Shown here: positions 59,177 through 64,000 of the stretch, piece after piece
Position numbering within the stretch: the stretch's first letter is position 1
How the letters are laid out: each line of letters opens with the position of its first letter
Assembly: GCA_963668625.2 (NCBI GenBank)
Contig: CAXXKA010000008.1
Span: 352,001-416,000 of the forward strand
Source: an uncultured candidate division Zixibacteria bacterium
GTDB taxonomy: Bacteria; Zixibacteria; MSB-5A5; UBA10806; 4484-95
Direction: 5' to 3'
Length of the DNA: 64,000 nucleotides
The notes under the pieces: generated by a model
The model's input: only the letters and a program-made list of their open reading frames with translations
What the model was told of the DNA's origin: nothing
Database searches by the model: none
Translations under genes and position numbers: made by a program

Positions 59177-61531
59177 TCATCTCACCCTGCACAATACGGC
59201 ATCGTTATAATTGAATTTCACCGACTTCGGTTTGTAATTCAGTACCGGGGTTGAGTAGCTTTTCTTGTCGCCATCAACCCAGAATGAGTAAATATCCTCA
59301 ATCTTGTTGCCATCTGAGTATATCGCCACCGGTATTTTCATCTTGAAATTATCCGGCACGTCATCCTGTTTGATCTCGCATACGACCTTATAGCCCTTTT
59401 CGTTGGTAGCTTCTGTATCCCAACCGAACTCGTATGCTGGTATTTCTATACCATAAACGTACTGGTCGAAAAACCAATCCATATCCATACCGATATGCTC
59501 CTCGACCAGCTCTTTGAAAGCTTCGGTGTCGATAGAACGGCCATCGAAACGTTTTAGCATATCTCTTAGCATAGCCAGGAATGCTGCATCGGATTGATTC
59601 TCGTAATCACGCATCATATAGCGAATCATATACAGTATGTAGGCGCCCTTGGTGTAGGTGATAACCTGGTAATCGTGAGCCAGCGAGTTATCCAGCCGGC
59701 TGCTCATCACGACCGGACCGGCCACCGAACCATCGGAGACTACAGTCAAATAGTTTTCCACACCCACCATGAGTTTATCCGTGCTTAATGTACGCACCTC
59801 GCCACCGAGTATCACCTCGCGTTTCCAATTTTCTAACACTGCATCTATTACATCCCGACTCTCGGCAATATCCTCGAGGTACATCAAACCGCACAGCTCG
59901 GCCATACCCTCCAGTATCCAGGTATCACGATAATGCTCGTTTTCCACGATATGTCCCCACCACTGATGAGACACCTCATGCGCCCGGAAACGTTCCTCGC
60001 TGCCGATTAAATCATCGAACTGGAACGTGTACCAGGATAAATGCAGAAGTCCCGGTGAGCCCTGTCCGTGTCCCCATGGTATCTCGGAGACTCGTACGGT
60101 ATCGAACTGGCAGGGGCCGAAATAGTCGGTAAATAACTTCAAGCTTCCTGAAACATCCTTGCCTACCGCTTCCAGCATATCTGCGCTGGAGAGGTTATCG
60201 TAACGCGCGGCATACATTTGCGGGTCCTCATCGTGACGGTAGCTTTTTCCCTGATAAACTATCACCGGGGGTATTCCCTCCGCGGAATCGTATTCGGCGA
60301 ATTTTTTCTCTTTGAACACACCGAGATTAAACGAAACATATTTCACCGGTATCTCCACCAGCCATTGCGAGATATATTTATCACCGGAAATCTCAGAATC
60401 GATTTTCCTGCCACAGCTAACTACCTCATAATCCCGCTGGCACTCGTAGCTGAGATCGTAAGTCGCGCGATCGAACGGCTGGGTAAGGGGGTACCAGAAT
60501 GTTTGCCCCTCCAGCACGTAAATACCGAAAAACTTCCTGATCGCATTACATTCGAATTCAATATCGATATAATCATTATTACCCCCAACCGTCGGTTTAT
60601 TCAATACCATTCCCAGGCCCCATTGTTTATCTCGATGAATAATATCGAGCGAGTCGCCGTCGGAATCGAATGCAGCAAGCGGTTCGTTCTTCTCGTACCA
60701 TTGCCAATCTAGGAACTTGCTGCCGCTATAGTTCGGGGTGAAATGAATTCGGCAATCAACGGTCATATCGCCACCGCGGTTAATCGTGGATTTGATCTCG
60801 TAATGGCTGACATCAATAGGGATAATGCCGCGCTCCGAGGGCGAGAAATCGCCGGGAGAGTAACCACCGAGCACATCGAAAGTTTTAATACCACCGGCAA
60901 TACGGGGTTGGTACAGGCGATATATATCATCAAAGCGGTGGTCCTCGATGAAGATCAGGTGGTCGTAACGCGATTCCCAGATATCGGCAAGAAAATACGT
61001 TCCGGGTTGTTCGGAGAGTATGTCATTGAGCAGCTTGCAGGGGATATATTCACCGAGATAATCGAAAGCGTATTCATAGGCTTTATGCATAGCTCGCCAC
61101 GCATCCCCGGATACCTGCTCGCGTTTCAAATCTGCCATATCCGGCAAGCCATCCAACTCGATAGTGTAGAACATGGCTACACGCTCGAGTTTCATCTCTA
61201 TTTTATCTTTGCCATATAGACGGTTTAACTGGTAGCGCTCCATCTCATTTGGCGGAGTATAGCGAAAATCTATATCACCCTCGAACACGAGGCCACAGGG
61301 CATATTCGAGCCGAAATCGAACAGGGTGAGCTCACCATCACTAAAAGTGAAACTGGCCGGCCCTCGGTTTATCTCAATAGAGCTGATTTTACCTGATCTG
61401 ACGAGCTGATTGTTTTTATTATTGATATTATCCTGAAAATCCAACGGCTTAAAAGCAAATACAAGTTGATAAAATGATAGTATGAATGTTATTACAGCTA
61501 ATGATAGAGAGATCGATATCCCGCGAAACAT
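59177..61531 (-). CDS. M1-family aminopeptidase-like protein, Zn motif intact (member 1)
   Basis: GQGSPGL, AHEVSHQWWG, WILEGMAE, YTKGAYILYMIR; start ATG 61531. Confidence 0.9.
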   Translation of the reverse strand: MFRGISISLSLAVITFILSFYQLVFAFKPLDFQDNINNKNNQLVRSGKISSIEINRGPASFTFSDGELTLFDFGSNMPCGLVFEGDIDFRYTPPNEMERYQLNRLYGKDKIEMKLERVAMFYTIELDGLPDMADLKREQVSGDAWRAMHKAYEYAFDYLGEYIPCKLLNDILSEQPGTYFLADIWESRYDHLIFIEDHRFDDIYRLYQPRIAGGIKTFDVLGGYSPGDFSPSERGIIPIDVSHYEIKSTINRGGDMTVDCRIHFTPNYSGSKFLDWQWYEKNEPLAAFDSDGDSLDIIHRDKQWGLGMVLNKPTVGGNNDYIDIEFECNAIRKFFGIYVLEGQTFWYPLTQPFDRATYDLSYECQRDYEVVSCGRKIDSEISGDKYISQWLVEIPVKYVSFNLGVFKEKKFAEYDSAEGIPPVIVYQGKSYRHDEDPQMYAARYDNLSSADMLEAVGKDVSGSLKLFTDYFGPCQFDTVRVSEIPWGHGQGSPGLLHLSWYTFQFDDLIGSEERFRAHEVSHQWWGHIVENEHYRDTWILEGMAELCGLMYLEDIAESRDVIDAVLENWKREVILGGEVRTLSTDKLMVGVENYLTVVSDGSVAGPVVMSSRLDNSLAHDYQVITYTKGAYILYMIRYMMRDYENQSDAAFLAMLRDMLKRFDGRSIDTEAFKELVEEHIGMDMDWFFDQYVYGIEIPAYEFGWDTEATNEKGYKVVCEIKQDDVPDNFKMKIPVAIYSDGNKIEDIYSFWVDGDKKSYSTPVLNYKPKSVKFNYNDAVLCRVR

Positions 61532-61633
61532 ATTCCCGCCTTTTCCAAAGTGTTGACCATCCTGCAAACGAGCTTAAGCGGTTGAGTTAAATATATATTT
61601 TGATAGAAGATGATACAAATGATTTTTAAAAGA

Positions 61634-61657
61634 AAGGGCGAGAGTGTTCCCGCCCTT
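61634..61657 (-). terminator. Probable terminator after the FG-GAP gene
   Basis: aagggcg...cgccctt stem; the A-rich left flank is a U tail on -. Confidence 0.55.
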
Positions 61658-61672
61658 CAGATAATAATATCT

Positions 61673-63082
61673 TTAATCACATCCCGGCCAATCCGGCGGC
61701 GCCTCTGCTGGGATATCATCATCGATTGTCCAGCATGGCTGGTAGTCGGGGCACCAGTGAAGGCCATCAGTAAGACCCCGGAAATAATTCACCAGGTAGG
61801 TGACATCAGCGCCGAGTACTATGCAGTCACCATTAACATCGGCGGAGGCATAGAAACCATCGAGCAAGCAGGGCGGGGAGATCGCCCGGAAGTAGTTCAC
61901 CAGGTAGGTGACATCAGCACCGATCACTGCCGGCGGCCATTGACCGGCATACATGTTGGCATCGCCGGGGAGGTAGGGGTGGCAGAAAGTATTAATATAT
62001 AAATATACATCGTTTGATTGCTGATTGCATATTGCCAGATCTAAATCTCCGTCAAAATCAAAATCAGTAGTTGCAATAGAATTAGGATAATCACCAACAG
62101 GATAATAGTCTTTTATAGGAAATGAACCAGTCCCATTACTATAATAAATTGAGATCGAATCAGAATGAATCAAAGTAAACGCCAGATCTGTAAATCCATC
62201 CAGATTAAAATCCTTCGCTACAATGGCATAAGTATAACTGCTTTCGGGATAACTTACTGTAGAGTCGAAAGTACCATCACAATCACCGATAAATAAATTT
62301 ATTGAATTTGAAATTGAATTTTCGTCGGCAGTAGAAACAATATCTAAACATTCATCATTATTAAAATCTGCTGATGCTAGTTCGACATAGCCTATTGAGC
62401 CGTAAGAATTGGTCGGGCTTGAACTAAATCCCCCTGATTCAAATTGAATAAATATTTGGATTTGATTACTACCCGGATCAGTAAAAGCCAGATCAAGTAA
62501 TGAGTCTCCATCGAAATCGGCACTTATAACATCATGAACATGGCTTGTTGTTAACGCAGTTGCCTCGAAAGAGTCCCCATTAGCATGGTTGTAATAGATA
62601 TACGAATCTGTCCCTCTCCATGTACCTACGACAATATCCACTAGTCCGTTACCATCTATATCAGCCGAAATACCTCTTGGTGGAAATGAGCTTGCAGAAA
62701 GGCTTTTCCAGTAATCAAAGCCTCCGGTTTGATCGTTCTTGTACAGGTATACGTCACTTTGTTCATCGCCACTGGCGGCAAAATCCGCAAAGCCATCATT
62801 GTCATAGTCAGCTACTGTTACAAAGCTTAGATAATCGCAAATATAAATACTATCATATAGTGAAAACTGCCCTGTACCATCATTTAGGAAAGAGTATACG
62901 TACCCTTCGTTTGTACCAATAACTAAGTCAACAAGACTATCACCATTAATATCCTTGAAAACAGCATCTTCCGGACTATTGGTCAATGATATGGTTTCTT
63001 TTAATTCAAAATTGTCCTGACCCATTACTGAAATAGAAATAAACACTACAATAATCGCCGTGAATCCAACTGATTTTAACAT
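61673..63082 (-). CDS. Secreted FG-GAP/VCBS repeat protein with C-terminal dockerin-like domain
   Basis: Seven D(F/I/Y)xxDG..D repeats; duplicated GADVTYLVNYFR (DNA repeat ttcaccaggtaggtgacatcagc at 61788 and 61896). Confidence 0.9.
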   Translation of the reverse strand: MLKSVGFTAIIVVFISISVMGQDNFELKETISLTNSPEDAVFKDINGDSLVDLVIGTNEGYVYSFLNDGTGQFSLYDSIYICDYLSFVTVADYDNDGFADFAASGDEQSDVYLYKNDQTGGFDYWKSLSASSFPPRGISADIDGNGLVDIVVGTWRGTDSYIYYNHANGDSFEATALTTSHVHDVISADFDGDSLLDLAFTDPGSNQIQIFIQFESGGFSSSPTNSYGSIGYVELASADFNNDECLDIVSTADENSISNSINLFIGDCDGTFDSTVSYPESSYTYAIVAKDFNLDGFTDLAFTLIHSDSISIYYSNGTGSFPIKDYYPVGDYPNSIATTDFDFDGDLDLAICNQQSNDVYLYINTFCHPYLPGDANMYAGQWPPAVIGADVTYLVNYFRAISPPCLLDGFYASADVNGDCIVLGADVTYLVNYFRGLTDGLHWCPDYQPCWTIDDDIPAEAPPDWPGCD

Positions 63083-63424
63083 TTCCTACTCCCTCTAAGT
63101 AAACTTATAATACTTGTTTTAGTGAAAAGTTGTTGTTGGGCTAGAGCTGATGATTTCCAGCCTTTAAGGTAGCCCATGGTAGTGAATTACATTTGTACCC
63201 CTTTAATGTAAAAAAGTAATTTAATGACTAACTAAATAGATTTATTACACCATTTCCAATCCTCCTGAAGATCTAAATAATTGTTTTTTAAAGCAGAACT
63301 GCGATACAGATAAATGCAGAAAGCTTGCCCTTTCATTACAATTGAACCATAAATATATTAGAGGGTCAAGTAATTTATTATAAACTTTTCATTAAAAAAT
63401 AAAACAAATACATACTTTTTTCAG

Positions 63425-63465
63425 TTGACAATTAAGGTATGCCTAATTTTATTAGATATATATAA
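63425..63465 (+). promoter_or_regulatory. feoAB promoter with DtxR/MntR-like operator(s)
   Basis: TTGACA at 63425 followed by imperfect palindrome taaggtatgcctaa and a second ttagatatatataa. Confidence 0.5.
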
Positions 63466-63487
63466 TAGGAAAGGATAAAACACCGAC

Positions 63488-63787
63488 ATGAAATTCTTCG
63501 GCTGGGCTTCAAAAAACCATATAAATAGAGTTAAGCCACCGGGTAGCAACGGCTTATTCTTGGATATGGCCGCCAAAGGGCGGTTTTATACGATGCTTGG
63601 TCTTGAGGGTGGTCAACGCTTTCGGGAGAAAATTTACTCAATGGGCCTCAACCCCGGGGCAAAATTCAAAATTATCCAAAATTCAGGGAGTGGCCCGATC
63701 GAATTAGAGGTACGTCAAACCAAACTGGCTATCGGACGGGGCATGGCATCCAGGATAAAGATTAGAGAAAATGGAACGCCAGGATAA
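63488..63787 (+). CDS. feoA: Ferrous iron transport protein A
   Basis: [31 protein letters not shown]; adjacent to feoB. Confidence 0.9.
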   Translation: MKFFGWASKNHINRVKPPGSNGLFLDMAAKGRFYTMLGLEGGQRFREKIYSMGLNPGAKFKIIQNSGSGPIELEVRQTKLAIGRGMASRIKIRENGTPG

Positions 63788-64000
63788 AAACCACGGCCAA
63801 GGCCTAAAAAAGAATATTGTAGTAGCTCTAGCCGGAAATCCCAACTCGGGCAAAACGACCATTTTCAACAATCTCACCGGCTCCAACCAGCATGTCGGTA
63901 ATTTCCCCGGCGTAACGGTTGAGAAAAAAGAGGGATTCCTTAACCACAACAGCTACAGAATCAAACTCGTCGACTTGCCCGGCACCTATTCGCTTTCCTC
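63771..64000 (+). CDS. feoB: Ferrous iron transport protein B, N-terminal part (runs off the window)
   Basis: Translated from 63771: [38 protein letters not shown]...LVDLPGTYS. Confidence 0.96.
   Translation, partial: MERQDKNHGQGLKKNIVVALAGNPNSGKTTIFNNLTGSNQHVGNFPGVTVEKKEGFLNHNSYRIKLVDLPGTYSLS

Noticed and set aside
61788-61918. 23-bp direct repeat as a recombination or DGR site
   Set aside because: It is explained by the duplicated dockerin segment, and no reverse transcriptase or recombinase is present.

Overview
Bacterial chromosomal window from a diderm (LPS-producing) organism. The FlgD/T9SS-type C-terminal sorting domains and the GDANM..WPP..IGADVTYLVNYF dockerin-like module suggest FCB group, plausibly Zixibacteria (inference). 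The backbone is housekeeping and envelope genes: hppA 3' end, D-cysteine desulfhydrase, ilvA, kdsC-kdsD-acyltransferase-lptC-lptB, radical SAM enzymes, peroxiredoxin and feoAB. It also has many exported peptidases (S41, M3B, S9A, an M16 pair and five tandem M1-like genes). Three AT-rich accessory blocks stand out: (i) a tightly coupled three-gene operon of an unknown 144-aa protein, a 518-aa HExxH zincin-like protein and a trimeric-fold dCTP deaminase, my best candidate for an undescribed anti-phage/conflict system; (ii) an XRE-ImmA/IrrE protein carrying an antitoxin-like tail, overlapping a MazF/PemK toxin; (iii) a secreted transglutaminase-like protein operon. Also notable are an M1 array in which three of five paralogues have lost the Zn motif, a signal peptidase I homologue lacking both catalytic residues, three frameshifted genes and many REP/MITE-like intergenic remnants. 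I saw no rRNA, tRNA, CRISPR array, integrase or transposase. All family assignments come from motif recognition, not database searches.
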